Below, piece by piece: positions 23,280 through 36,567 of a DNA stretch of 41,636 nucleotides; positions within the stretch are counted from its first letter, which is position 1, and each line of letters begins with the position of its first letter. The stretch is taken from NCBI RefSeq assembly GCF_001194135.2, contig NC_069003.1, positions 149,622 to 191,257 of the forward strand, given 5' to 3'. The stretch comes from Octopus bimaculoides. Lineage: Eukaryota. Under the pieces are notes generated by a model, which did not search any database, was not told where the DNA came from, and saw only the letters and a list, made by a program, of their open reading frames with translations. Both the position numbers and the translations under genes were made by a program.

Positions 23280-23495
23280 GGGTGTAAACAAACCAACACT
23301 GATTGTCAAGTGGTGGGGAGACAAACACAAATATACAGAGGATTCCACACAGTTTCTCACTACCAAATTCCCTCACAAGACATGGGTTAACTTGGGGCTA
23401 TCCAAAAAGACACTTGCCCCAGGTGCTGCACAGGGAGACTGAACCCAAAACCATGTGGCTGAGAAGCAAGCTTCTTAACCACACAACCATGCTTG
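23280..23495 (-). mobile_element. SINE family A copy
   Basis: Reverse-orientation homologue of 22950-23105 and 24060-24420. Confidence 0.75.
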
Positions 23496-23559
23496 AACCT
23501 TATATATGTGTGTATATGTACATGTATGTATGTGTGTTTGTGTGTGTATATATCTGTAT

Positions 23560-23790
23560 CTCCTTGTCCTAATATCACACAGCAGTTGTAAATGAGTGCC
23601 ACTGTCATCCATTTCCGATGTTTTATGAAAATATGTCTGGTCAAGAAGAAATATTATTCTGCTTAGAAATCTGTGATGGCTGGCAACAAGAAGGGCATCT
23701 GAGCATAGAAAATTAGCCTCACTTCATTGTATCCAGCCGATACAGGTATAGAAAAATGGATGTTAAAATGATGATGATGATGATGTTAGA
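23560..23790 (+). mobile_element. RTE-tailed SINE-like repeat
   Basis: Homologous to ~10650-10870 (+) and ~17900-18070 (-); ends GTTAAAATGATGATGATG. Confidence 0.7.
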
Positions 23791-24059
23791 GTGTTGGGGA
23801 ATAAATGCCTTGCAATATTTGTTCCAGTTCACACCTTGCCAAAATCAAGTTTGCCTTTCATCTCTCTCGGATTAATAAAATAAGGATTAGTCAAGTAGTT
23901 GGGTCGCTGGCATTAACTAACCTCCTCCCTTCAAAATTGCTGGACTTGTGTCGGATGAAATGCTTAGCGGTATTTTTTGCCTGTCGCTACACTGTGAGTT
24001 CAAATTCTGCCGAGATTGTGTTTATATATATATATATAATGTGTTTATCTCAGACGCTA

Positions 24060-24420
24060 CTCATGTGAGTGACAGCTACTTAAAAAAAGCTTGCTTCCAA
24101 ACCACATGGTTCTGGGTTCAGTCCCACTACATGGCACCTTGGGCAAGTGTCTTCTTCTGTAGCCTCGGGCCAACCAAAACTCGTGTGGGCATCTTTGTGT
24201 CTGTGTTTGTCCCCCCACCATCACTTGACAACCAGTGTTGGTGTGTTTATGTTCCCATAACTTTGCAGTTCAACAACAGCAACTGATAGAATAAGTACCA
24301 GATTTAAAAAGAATAAGTCTTAGGATCGATTTCTTCAACTGAAACCCTTTCAGGTGGTGTTCCAGTATGGCCACAGTCAAATGACTGAAACAAGTAAAAC
24401 AATAAAAGTATAAAGGAGAA
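24060..24420 (+). mobile_element. SINE family A copy, long form
   Basis: tRNA-like head GCTTGCTTCCAAACCACATGGTTCTGGGTTCAGTCCCAC and body ending CAGTCAAATGACTGAAACAAGTAAAA. Confidence 0.75.
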
Positions 24421-24639
24421 TTTCTGTAGTGGTAACATAGGTTTTGAATAAACAGAAACTCTGGAAGGTTTTTTTTCCCCTGTTGCAGAGTATAAACAAT
24501 AAGTAAAAAGTGAAGTAGCTGATTTAACATTCATTCCCTGGCTTACAGTTGTTTCATTATGACTATATCATTGTTCTCATCAATGTCTTATACACGATGT
24601 TTGATTTATCACCCATATGTTGTTGAAATGATATATATA

Positions 24640-25250
24640 TATCCAGTGCATCCTGAACATAAAGTTTTCTTATATACCTAATTTTGCTGTTCTTGAGATA
24701 GCTGTTAGTCCTAGTATTGAGAAAAGGATAATTTTGAACCAGATGCATCGGTCTTGTCATGTCATCAAAATGGAACAGACTGCCCAAGCAGATATGTTAT
24801 GATAACCTGACCAAAATGAAAAAGGCCTTAGAATAAACCAAGGAAGCATTTTAAGCATGTCATAAAAAGCAACCTTGAAGTTCAGGTGGAAGATATGGAT
24901 ATCTGAGAAACATTGGCTGAAAGCTGTACATAATGGAGTACAGGTGTGATGTCTTTGGGTAAAAGTGTGTGGATCACACCACTTTGATGTGACTGCTTCA
25001 CTAGTGAGATCCAGCAAGTATTAAGATGCAATGTGCACAAATGATTTCTCCTCTAACAACCCATGTGTCAGGGAGGAATTGAGCTGCTTGTGAGATGGTC
25101 TTACCACTGTGTACACCATGGTACTGCATTACTGAAGAGAAAAAAATAAATTTCACGTCTGTGAATGTTCCAGCAAAGCAAAGGCTGAACTGGGAAATCA
25201 CCTGCATGCACCTAATTGTGCAAGTTCAAAAAGTTCAAAGAAGGGATGGA
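24640..25250 (+). mobile_element. Decayed RTE-type LINE ORF C-terminus
   Basis: NQMHRSCHVIKME / RLPKQICYDNL (RW.GHV.RM...RLPK motif) and terminal zinc-finger-like CECSSKAKAELGNHLH; many stops. Confidence 0.6.
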
Positions 25251-25289
25251 ACCCTTCTGACAAGGAGTATCAATCAGTATATGGATATG

Positions 25290-25364
<75 letters not shown>

Positions 25365-26439
25365 ACATGAAGAAAATATCTCGAGATATGTTCAGCATGG
25401 AAACTAAATGGTAACAGCATTAAAATTGGTGAGGAGATAAAAGTCATTTAGTTTCCCAATTAATCCTGGTCAAGGAGGGCAAAGGAAACAACCTCTGAAT
25501 TAAAAGTAAAATGTTACAATGCAGTAAGGAGGGAGTGAGCCTGACGTTGGGAGTATGATGAGAACCCCAGATATATTTCAGCCCTACTTCCTTGTTTCAG
25601 CCCTACTTACCAGTATTGTCAAACTACATATACTCACGTGCACACATAGATGTACACATACTCACACACACACATATACCCACAAATTCACATCACACAT
25701 ACATATATGCATACTCATATCTTTATACACACGCTCATTCATGCATACACACACACTCACAAAAGTACTCAATACGTCTTGTATTTATTCAATGGAAGCC
25801 GATGATTCATGTCGTTGCTATTCATAATTTCTAGCTGTGTATGATTTTTCAGGGAGTGAAAAAATAAATAACTTTGGAGAATAAAGGCATGAGTTATCAA
25901 TTCATTTGACTTACATTGCTATGGCACTTGGCAACATAGCACTGACAAAGTGCTGGTAGATTAATCTAAGAGGATTTCCATAGAAATGGTCACATGTTTT
26001 GATTCATAGCTAATTTACACAGTAACTGTTATCTAATTAAAAGATAATATAATTCCAGTTTTATCTCCACATCATTGTTTACTCTTGTGACTCAGGTGTT
26101 AAGATAAGCCAATGATGCAGCTTACCTGGAGTTGCTCAAACCACTAAGAATAGCAGCCATGTCTTTGGCAAATCACATCCCAGCATCTAAAAAGAAGTTT
26201 CAGTGTATATAGGACCACATTATCCAACAGAGGCGTCTAATCTATGTCTGGAAAATAAAATGGCTGGGAAGCTGAAAATAGCAGCTAAACCTCTCTCAAA
26301 TCCTAAATCCTACATTATCATCTTAAAACCAGAAGGCTATAGTGAACACTGTAGTCCTAGTTATACTTGTGAATATAAAAGATGAGGTGCTTACAATTCG
26401 AATGACTTTCATCATAAGTCCACTCACTCCATGCTGACC

Positions 26440-26840
26440 AATGCTAAATAACACCAATAACTACAAGGGCTACAGACCAAATCTGTGGCTGGGGCAAAGT
26501 CCTGGCTAGGCTGAGGGTGATGTGGTGGTTGAATAAGGAGGTAGACTGTGCTAGAAAAGCAAAGAAATAGGCCTGGAAAGACAGGGAAAATGGAGAGAGT
26601 TATATTGAAGATATAAAAGCAAATATATAAAAACAGAGAATTATGTGAGGTAGCTACAAGAGAAGCTGGGTGACAACTTTACATAGTAAAAAGAGAATTG
26701 GAAAGCAGGAGATTTGTCAATATTTGATGGCATGAGGATCAGAAGTGTGAGGTGCTCTGGATTGCAAAGCAGTGTACCAGAGATGAGAGAGAGAGGTTGT
26801 AGTGAGAAATATGTGTGACTGGATAATGGTGTGCTTGCAC
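26440..26840 (+). mobile_element. Decayed RTE-type LINE endonuclease-RT linker fragment
   Basis: QLYIVKRELESRRFVNI / EDQKCEVLWIAKQC / LDNGVLAL resemble recalled RTE linker sequence. Confidence 0.5.
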
Positions 26841-27149
26841 TTTGTCATTCTGTCATTCCATTATATACTTGTGTTTCATCCCTCACTGCATTCCCCTACT
26901 CCTCACTTGTCCCCTTTCACACTCTTGTGAACTCCTTGTGAACTCACTCTGTTCAGTCCCCTACCACTTCATTTACATTGACCTCCTTGCTTGTATCTTG
27001 AGGGTATGCCCTGGTATATCAATACCGTCTTCTCTCTCACTTTCTCTCCCCCTCAAACTGGGGTAACCATGTATCCCCCCCCCCCCGCTACAAAAAGACA
27101 TCTGTTTCTGTCCCTTTATCATAGTTTATCACCTGACACAAAGCCATCT

Positions 27150-27410
27150 TCCTCAATATCAGCCTCACTCTCAGTTGAGGTGGGGTATTTGTCTAGCTAC
27201 TTACTTGGTGACCTCGCAAGTGCTGATGCCATGTATAAAGGACCCAGTACAGTCTGTAAATTGGTTGGGGATAGGAAGAGCATCCAGCTGTAGAAACCAT
27301 GCTGAAGCTGACTGTAGAGCTTGGCACAGTCCTCTCACTTGTCTGCTCCTGTCAAACCCTCCAACCCATACCAGCAAGGAAAACAAACATTAAATGATGA
27401 TGATGATGTA
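27150..27410 (+). mobile_element. RTE-type LINE 3' end with (GAT)n tail
   Basis: SASLSVEVGYLSSYLLGDLASA-like segment followed by the same tail as 1-346. Confidence 0.6.
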
Positions 27411-29839
27411 TACACATGAGTTTGTGTGTGTGTGTGTGTGTGTATGTGTGTGTGTATATGTATATGTATTTATGGATATATACTTATATAATGTAGATTG
27501 TATGTTACAAGCTTTGGCATTGAAGCAAATGATGGTCAAATATTAAACGACATCTGTCAATATCAAAACAATTTTAGCAATAAATAGTTGAAAGAAATAC
27601 ATTATATATTATAGAATATATGAATTATGTGTGCTTGCCCACATGTGTGTGTGTGATACATATACATACAGGTGTTGTTGTAAAGATATCTTGTGTTGTG
27701 TGATACTGCTGGTCTGTTTGGAAGCCTATTGGAAGGACTCTTCCAGTGCTGAGTAGCAGACTTAGTCTGGCACCTAATTTAATGTCCCATTTGGTTGATG
27801 GATGCCTTCAGCAGTTTGATCAGTGAGAATAACTTTGTCTTTTCCTCTGTCCAGACTTTGAGGCCATAAAAATAGATTATGGGGCAGTGTTCTTCCTCCC
27901 CTGATTAAGTGATCAAAACGGAGCAGATTTATGTTGGTCAACTGCACCTTTTGAACTGGCAGTTGAATATTATCAAGTATAGACCACCATGTACGTACAC
28001 TCTCATCACTAACAGTAAATTATTTATGGCAACTGAATTACATGAGCAGCAATATAACCCTGAAAGCTACTCCATTATTATCTCATATATTTATTATTTA
28101 TATGTAAACTAAAATATAGGACTAGCTATTCAGCATCATAGGTTACTAGTGTTATGACTGATTGACAACAGCTGTTATCTCTTCAATATTTAACTGTCTA
28201 CTTTCAGCATGCACCCCTGTTGGTTGTTTATGGGACTTACCTTTTCAGACCAGTCTTTTCAGAGAGAGATTCAACTGTTGCATTATTGAACTGGAATTTA
28301 TTCTTTAGTTGGGTCATTTATCAGTCAACCTATATATATATATATATATATATATACATACATACATATGATCTTCCATAATATAGTGTAGACAATAATG
28401 GCTATTTCACTGTCAACAAAGGCATGCAATTAGTCCTGTTTTCTCTCCATTCTGCTTTTGTTTCAATAATTTCATGAATCGAATCATATATTCCAAATTA
28501 TAAGAAAGTGTGTCTGTATGCCTTTGTCTCTCTCTCTCACACACACGCGCGACTTACGTATCCCACAATTATATCACAATTAGTGAGATATTTTTCTCCA
28601 AAGTGCTTGATAAATGTTCAAATTATTTTGGATTGCAACAATGTCTATTCAGTGAAAGAATAAGCACAAAGAGGCAATATCTGACACACGATATAAAACA
28701 CACACACACACACACATTCATAAATACACTCACATACACACATACCAAATGAATGCAATATAGTCTCAGACTTTATTTTGTCAGTTGTTTGGGTCTGATA
28801 CCTTACAATTAGATTTAGATGGGGATTCAGATTAAAGACTGAATGTGACACCTTGTGTATACAACAACCCCATTTCAATGAAGAAACTGCTATAAAGTTG
28901 CTTGACTTGCTAGAAATGGCAACCACACTCTACCATCTTAACTAAAAGATATATTAGATAATTTTAAAGTTTATTTCTATAGATTTTTTATAGAATTCAG
29001 AGCCAGTGTTGCAAGTTAGGATGCTTCATATGTGAATACACCTATTTAAACAATGTAATCAAAGAGAGAAAAAAAAAACAAGTGATAGGTGTATATGCAT
29101 ATTTCAAGAGTTATTGCTCATTTTTGGTTTTTCCATTTTTCCAGCTTTGATTGTTCACATATACAAAACATAATTTGCTCTACCGGCTCTGAATTCCATA
29201 GAAAATCTATAGAAATAAACTCAAAGGTGAGAAATTTGCATTGCTAACATAAGAATAAGACAAAGTATTGAATTGTATGCTTTTAATATACTTGGTAATA
29301 TATTATAGTTGCAGAACGAATTACTGTGTCTTTGTCAGCAATTAATATTAGATAATGTAAGTTGTTGACATATAAAAAGGACAGGATGTTCACAAATGAG
29401 ATGCTTTTGATCATAGAGATGATCATGGAGTCTAAAGAACAACTTCAACATGTTTGATCCTTATTACACATACACAGCATATTCATCATCATCATTATCA
29501 GCAGCAGCAGGTGGACATCTTCCTCAACCAACACAAATGCTCCCAACATCTTTTGACTTGCATGTTTATGAAGAATAGTCATTTAGTTTGCTAAAAAGTC
29601 ACCAATTAAGTTGAAGTGAAGTGATATTAGCAGATCTTAGCAAATACTAAACAAAATAGAGAAACATTTTGAGAAAACAAGAATTTCAGATAAAAGAAAT
29701 AAAAAAAACAAAAACAGATCAAGTAACCAAAATTTGTTTTATTGATTTCAGACTTTTATTGTTGTTGTTGTTGTTGAAAAGCATTTTTGTGGCTGAAAGG
29801 AAACAAATTGTGATGTATGGATTAGTAATGACTCATTAC

Positions 29840-29880
<41 letters not shown>

Positions 29881-30714
29881 ATAATAATAATTTGTTTGTT
29901 TTGTTCTTGGTATGAAACGAGTGCACATTTTAGGGGGTTGAGTAAGGAATGGCAAGTATTGGAGCTCCCATTCCTTTGCTCAGCATCATGTTTTCAGGAC
30001 AATGTCAGGATATTGATTTCTGAATTTTTAAAAAGTGTTTATGGCTTTTGTTTTTGTTTTTATTTGTTCTATTTCTTTTTTGTTAGCTTCTTTCATCTCA
30101 CGCTGTATTATTTGGCTAATTTGTGGATCTTAGGAGTCAAGAATGGTAAAAATGGAAATGAAATACAGGCGTTTCCCATGTCATGAAAGTGTTGCATTCC
30201 TGAAAAATCTTGCTGATGTTGTAATATGGAATTTCATAACAAACCTATTTTCCTATTAACTTTCCTCTTATATATAGCATGAAAGTCAATGCAAAATAGG
30301 TTTCTCATTATGAATTTTTGCATTTGGAAATCAGTGGGAAAATAGGTTTTGCATTGCAGAATTTCATTTTGCAGCAAGATTTTCAAGAATGCAACACTTT
30401 TATAAGGTATTTCCATATATTTCCTATTCTCCGTCTCTTTCTTACTAATGTAGCTATTGTCTACAGTGTACAAAGGCATTTGTGTAGACTATCTTTCTGT
30501 GTATTTTATTTTATTCAGAAAGAACTGTACTCAATAATTAATTAACCACTGATACAGGTAGTGCTAAGATCAATGAACTTTTGAGTGCATTAACGAGGCT
30601 AAAGTCTCTTTTATTGTTCAAATAAATTTTATAAATATTTCAAAAACTCATTAGTTATCTTTGAATTCTCTTGTTACCCTTTTCCAAAATGTCCAACTGG
30701 TGATATTAGTTACC

Positions 30715-30935
30715 AGACAAAGGCAGTGAACTGGTAGAATTGTTATCCTGCTGGGCAAGATGTTGCTTAGCAACATTTCATCTATTTTTATGTTCTGAGT
30801 TCAAATCCTGTTGATGTTGACTTTGCCTTTCATCCTTTTGGGGTCAATAAAATATGTACCAGTTGATTACTGGGATTGATGTAATCAACTTATCCCCTTC
30901 CCCAAAATTGCTGGCCTTGTGCCAAAATTTGAAAT
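30715..30935 (+). mobile_element. SINE family B copy
   Basis: GGCAGTGAACTGGTAGAATTG...TCTGAGTTCAAATCCTG...GACTTTGCCTTTCATCC...CCCAAAATTGCTGGCCTTGTGCC. Confidence 0.8.
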
Positions 30936-31109
30936 CAATAATTAGTTATCAAACATTTTCATTCTTGTATTAGTTTCAGTCATTGGACTGTAGCCCTACT
31001 GTGGCTCCACCTTTAAGTGTTTCAGTTGATCATACCATCTATTTATTTTATCAACCTCTATTTATTAAATGGCATTTAATGGAAATAGATGAAACTTAGT
31101 GTACTCTCT

Positions 31110-32135
31110 CCTTCTTGTCTCCCCACTTCCCTTTGTAGTTGCTGTCTCCTTAGGCAAGTTACCAGCACTGTTGCTTGCAGGGTGTCTCCTTTATTGGCTC
31201 AACTCAATAACAGTGTACACACCGTCCTTATCAGGTCGACCCGGGTTTCTTTTGACATCTGGGAATGTCTCGACCGTTACTTTCAGTGGGGGATTGGAAT
31301 GCTCCCTTGGACATGCATTTAGACTATGTAGGTAGAGATAAGAAGAGAAGGCAAGGCAAATGCCTCAAAGACCTGTTCAAACGTTTCCAACTGCCTGGCA
31401 GGTACCGACTCCTTGACTGACCGAATGTGCTAATGTGGACATGGACCAGTTGCATTGACTCATCCAGATTGTATTTAGATAGAGTATTCTGTAGGACAGT
31501 GGACAGGGATAGTGTAAGTTGTCCACGATTTCACATAGTCAGCTACACAGGTCACAAATTTGTGACTTGTACGCTTGACTTAGATAAGAATCATAGGCAG
31601 GGTCCCGGTCCCTGGGAGTTGAAAGTGTTATTCCCGGTGTGACAGGCTTGCAGAGACCAGATTAGCACATTAGTTGAGAGGGCGTTGGTGAGAGCCTGGA
31701 AGAATCAGTGGGCTTGCAACTCAGCACCTGGAGAAGTAAGCCCATGCCACCCAACAGCGTCTCCATTGAGGGACACTGGACTGACAGACCAGTTAAATTG
31801 GTTCAATCCAGACCTCCAAATGGAGAAGAACTGGGACGAGATAATGAGTAGGATGGCCACTCTCACACAGCAATGGGCTGAGAGGAAGCGATCTCTAAAA
31901 TGTTGGGCTGAGGAGGTGAATGTGTACATCGAATCCATCATATACTACTGTCTGACCATCGTACCTTGTCCCGACCCTACCATCACGAAACTGGAATGCA
32001 TATTCTTCTGCTTTTTGCGGAAGGGAAGCATTCCAATGGTCAGGTGATTCATTTGCTGCCAACTGGAGGGCTGGGTATACCGTGGTTGATAATATGCAGA
32101 CATGTGCTGAGACTGCGACATTGTGCAGTCACTGA
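31110..32135 (+). mobile_element. Internally deleted L1/Tx1-type LINE ORF2 relic (APE endonuclease joined to RT C-terminal/thumb region)
   Basis: EN motifs VYTPS, GDWNAPLD, YLDRVFC, YTGHKFV, GPGPWEL; RT motifs SVGLQLSTWRSKPM, WAERKRSLK, FCFLRKG, GGLGIP. Confidence 0.85.
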
Positions 32136-33537
32136 CATCTTTTCTTAACATTTTTATTGATGGGTTTCAACCCCCACCGCCCAAAAAAAAAGCCCTCACA
32201 TTATAAGTACTGCTCACACCATGTGATTGGGGTTGACCACCAGATTACTCAGGATTGAGCAGATCTATGATCAAAAGTTTTTCTTGTCTATGAGTACACA
32301 GGGCTACATTATCCAATGTGTCTTTTTATTTTCTCCAGACAGCAGGTATGATTTGAAGGAAATCTGTATGTTATTTCTTGCAGGTTGAATGATGTTCTAG
32401 CAACTCTTTTGGTGGTAACATTGCTCTGAAATATGGTGCAATGCTACTGATGCTATAAATACATAAACATCATGGATGAAATCCAAAAGAAGGCCGTCCA
32501 TTTGTCTAATTGGCAAAGAATCAATCGCCAACACACTTCAAGCTGTAAATTACTGTTGTCCTCTTCATCTATCTCTCTTCTATTGATATTACAATACCCT
32601 CTACTCATCTGACCCAGATAGTCCTATACCCTCTCCATACCAGTCCAGTTGTTTCATGTGTCTTTCCTTTTTTATCATCCTTATTCTATTATTATACCTC
32701 TTAGCATCACACTTAAACATTTCTTTTCAATGTTTCCTGCTCAGAATAGCAGCCCATGGGAATTTCTTACCCCTCATACATCATTGTTCTTGCTGTTTAG
32801 CCCCAGTCCCAAGTTGGACTTCATTGGACCAAAACCTATGATCAAAAGCAATCCAACCCTAACCCTAATCCTTTTCTATATTTGTGACTACATTCTCCAA
32901 AATGTTCTTTTTTTAAGATGATAAGTTGTGGGAGTTGAGAGACATTTGGCTGCTGTATTTTCTAAGAGTCTGACTTACAGAACATCAACTGCCGCCATGC
33001 TAGGCAATTGGATTCTGGAGTTTAATTGGTTGTATCATCCTCCATTCTCAATGCTTTGTTTGCTATTTATTTCCTTAATATTGAAGAAGTGACAGAGTGA
33101 AAAAAAAAAAAGGAAAAAAAAACTTGGTGTAACAGGAAACAACTGAGACATGAAACTACTACAAGGTACTTCTTGGTGTGTTGACGCATTCTGCCATTCC
33201 ACTCTAGTATGTGTGTGTGTGTGATCTTAGGTTAATGATGGTTCAGCGTAAGTTGTTGCGATTGGTGGAGGACTGTATTGGTTTGCAAATACCATAGACA
33301 TTGTTATGTGATGTGTGATATAATTAAATGGTCATATTTAAAATTCAGGCTTGTTCTACTAAAAAATTAATGATATTCTGGAGTGGGAATAATAGATAGA
33401 TGATGATGATGATGATGATTTAATCGCAAGGCAAGCGATTTTGAAGGGAAAGAGTTAGTTGGTGTCATTGACCTAGAATTTGCCTGGTTCTTTACTGTGT
33501 TGAAATATGAAAGGCAAAGTGGAGTTCAGTTGGATCT

Positions 33538-33617
33538 CATAGTAATAATTTCATAGTAATAATGATTTCATAGTAATAATGATTTCATAGTAATAATGAT
33601 TTCATAGTAATAATGAT
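33538..33617. repeat. 17-bp minisatellite (CATAGTAATAATGATTT), about 4.7 copies
   Basis: Three perfect units at 33552-33602 plus partial flanking units. Confidence 0.9.
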
Positions 33618-33651
33618 AACAATGATGGTAATGATAATGATAATGGTATAA

Positions 33652-33975
33652 AAAGATGGGCTGCAGCAAATATTCTGCTCAATACCACAAATTTGCTTAT
33701 CAGTTGCTTAACCTTAACCAGTAGAGCATGTCCCTTGGTGTGCATTTTTGATTACAAGCAGAAGCAGTTGGGGAGCATCATAGCCATGTGTTGAGAGGAA
33801 TTCTTTGAAGTTTGAATAATTAACCTCTGGAAACATGAATGTTTCATTCATCATCCATAAACAAACCTTATTCAGGGAACTTTTGAGTAAGGTGTACTAC
33901 TCGACCTGAAGAAAATTCTAACTGGGCCCCACCTGCGAGGTCATGTACTGTTTATCTTGATATGGGATCACCATA
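33652..33975 (+). mobile_element. Interspersed repeat, probably a LINE-derived 3' segment
   Basis: AAAGATGGGCTGCAGCAAATATTCTGCTCAATACCAC...GAAGAAAATTCTAACTGGGCCCCACCTGC resembles a recalled abundant Octopus repeat; single copy here. Confidence 0.4.
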
Positions 33976-35189
33976 TCAAGGTGAACCAGGATGTGTACCA
34001 GGGGATTCTGAAGACTTGTGACAACAGCACTGTGTCACTTGATGTATCACCAAAGAACATATGTACAACAATTGTTCTGCAGTGAAATCCATTTGCTTGC
34101 TCCAGCCTAGCCTATTCAGTATTACATAAATTGATTGATAACTTTGATAAAGTGGGTTCTATCTCCTCCTCCTCCTGCCCCAGTGTAAGTAAATAGATGA
34201 CTTTTATTTTTAGTGTAGGTCATAAACTAGAACATGAATAAGTAAGTAGTACTTAGACACAGAGGAGGAGAAGGGTGCGGTTCATGCTTGCAGGATTGCA
34301 GGCTGACAGGTAGTAGTGTTGGTAGTGGGTGATTAATATACATTCTTTAATGTTTTATTCCTCTTCAAATCTTAAAGAGTTTCTTTTTAATGTATGAATA
34401 CACAACTTCTATAATAATAGTCTACAACTTCCCCCCCTCTCACATTTCTTTCTCTTGTCCTCTTCTGACTTATCCACACTCAACCTGTCAACATGTCTGT
34501 ATTTGTGTCTTACTAGCTCTTTATCTCGTGTGTGCATGTGTACGTGTGTGTGTATGTATGTGTGAACACGTTTGTATATACGTGTGCTTGCATATATGTG
34601 TGTGTGTGTGTGGTGTATATATGCTTGTATATATGTGTGTATGCCGCTCTTGTTAATTAGTAATTTATAGTAAGCATTATTTCAAGTTATATCATTAAAG
34701 TGACATGATACATATGAAAATGTAACCAGAATATTCCATAGCTAAATATAAGAAGATGATATATTATACTGTCTGTTTGTCTGTGGCTATGCTAAGGGTT
34801 TTAGTCAATCATATTGATCCCATTTGATTGATCTCTGTTTGTGAAGTGGTTAATTTACCTTTTGGCATAAAGTGATGCAACTCAACAAACTGATTCATAT
34901 CAGTATAGACAAATATTTTCCCAGAGCCTCTTATCTAATTCCACTCTCATTTGTTCATCAGTTCTAATACTCTGTATTATATTATTATTATTATCCTACT
35001 ACAATTAATTGCTTCTGTTACAACTAATTGCTTCACAGATTTATGTGTATATCCAGGGTATGTTAGGAAATTTTTCATTTTCATTGTAATAAGGGCCACC
35101 CTAGAAAAATATTTGGCTGGAATCCTTTATTGTGATGGGGCAGGAAACTTCAGGTTGACCTGTTCACCAGAGAAAAAAAGAAAGCATCC

Positions 35190-35495
35190 CAAAGTGTTTG
35201 ACCAGTGGAGAATATTAAGGTGAGCTGTAGTGACCGGTCGTCATCCATCTGCATTGAATTGTTGTGTGCAGAGGATATTGTCCAGGAATTTACATTTTCA
35301 TCCATGTAAGCTTATGATTGTGCAAGAAAGCTGGAAATGTTTGTAGAAAACATATTCATAATGTGGAGAGATGATAAAGTTCTTCTCATCAGTAGTGAAG
35401 TGCATTTCCATCTGTCTGGTTGTGTAAAGAAACAGAACTTTTGCTATTAACCAGACGGACAACAATCCAGAGTAACTTCATGAGCATTCCTTTTT
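35190..35495 (+). mobile_element. Decayed Tc1/mariner transposase fragment
   Basis: RILSRNLHFHPCKLMIVQE and SSEVHFHLSGCVKKQNF (cf. FSDEAHFHL.G.VNKQN motif). Confidence 0.75.
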
Positions 35496-36403
35496 TCTTT
35501 GAATGTGTCACTGTATTCATGAGGATAATAAAAATATAATAAAAAATAAAAAATCACCTTTCATCATTGCTTAATTTGGGCTAAACTGGGGCTAAACAAT
35601 AATTACAAATTACATCAAACTTGGTACCCTGTTACTGTTTATTGAATTGACCCAGGAACGATGAAAAGCCAAGTTGAACCTGGTGTGATTTGAACTCAGA
35701 GTGTAATGGACATAACTAAATACTGATTCTGCCAATTAGCTTCATTGATAATAAATCAATATGATAGTTGTTTGATAATTGTCAACAGGTGCAATAATTA
35801 GTTGTCCATCAAATTATGCAGTTTCAGTTTGCTAATTGGATGAGTTTTCTGCTACATTTTGAAAGCAGAATGAAAATAAATTCATCATTTTGTGAATCGG
35901 TCATTTCACACAATATCACTCACTTGCAATGTCTTCTTCATGCTTTGGCAATTAGAAGAAAAAAACAAATTTTTCTTTATTTTCTGTTTACACTTAAATA
36001 AAAACTTTGAGAAGGATTTAAGACATACCATTACCAGGAATGTAGCTCAAGTGAATCCAAAGACAAAGTCTTCAGTGATATTATACTAACAGTTATAATA
36101 AACTCTTAATGTTTATGAGGAGAGAATTGCGGTAAAGTAATGTCCCATATATCTTTGAGGGTTGGGGCATCTCTAAAGACTTTGATTCTGCAAAGGCATT
36201 CACTAGAATGTTCCTTGTGCCATTCAGTAACATTATCATCTTGAAAGATTGCGTTTCACTATGGAAACTGTTCCACAACCATAGGATGAATTTGATCAGA
36301 TAAAATGCTTAGTCTTCACTATATTTCAATTTTATTTTTGTGTTATTTTTGTTGATATTAATCAAAATTTTTTACTATGTTTTTGTGATTTTGTCTTTTC
36401 TAG

Positions 36404-36567
36404 AAACCCCAGCTGGTTTGTGGAGATGAAAAACTTTTAAAATTCATTACAAAACACTGCCCCATTTTACACGAAAAGTTCTGGCCAACATTTTGGTGTT
36501 TTGAAGCAAGAGCACAAACAATCGTTCGGACAATTTTAAAATCTTCTCCTCATATTCCTTACCAAAG
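36404..36567 (+). CDS. ABHD3: ABHD1/ABHD3-like hydrolase, exon 2 (KPQLVCGDEK...FWPTFWCFEARAQTIVRTILKSSPHIPYQ)
   Basis: Acceptor GTCTTTTCTAG|, donor AG|GTAACT; PT.WC.E.R.QT motif; 164 nt, phase 0/2. Confidence 0.95.

Noticed and set aside
33538-33617. CRISPR-like array
   Set aside because: Head-to-tail repeats with no unique spacers, no cas genes, eukaryotic context
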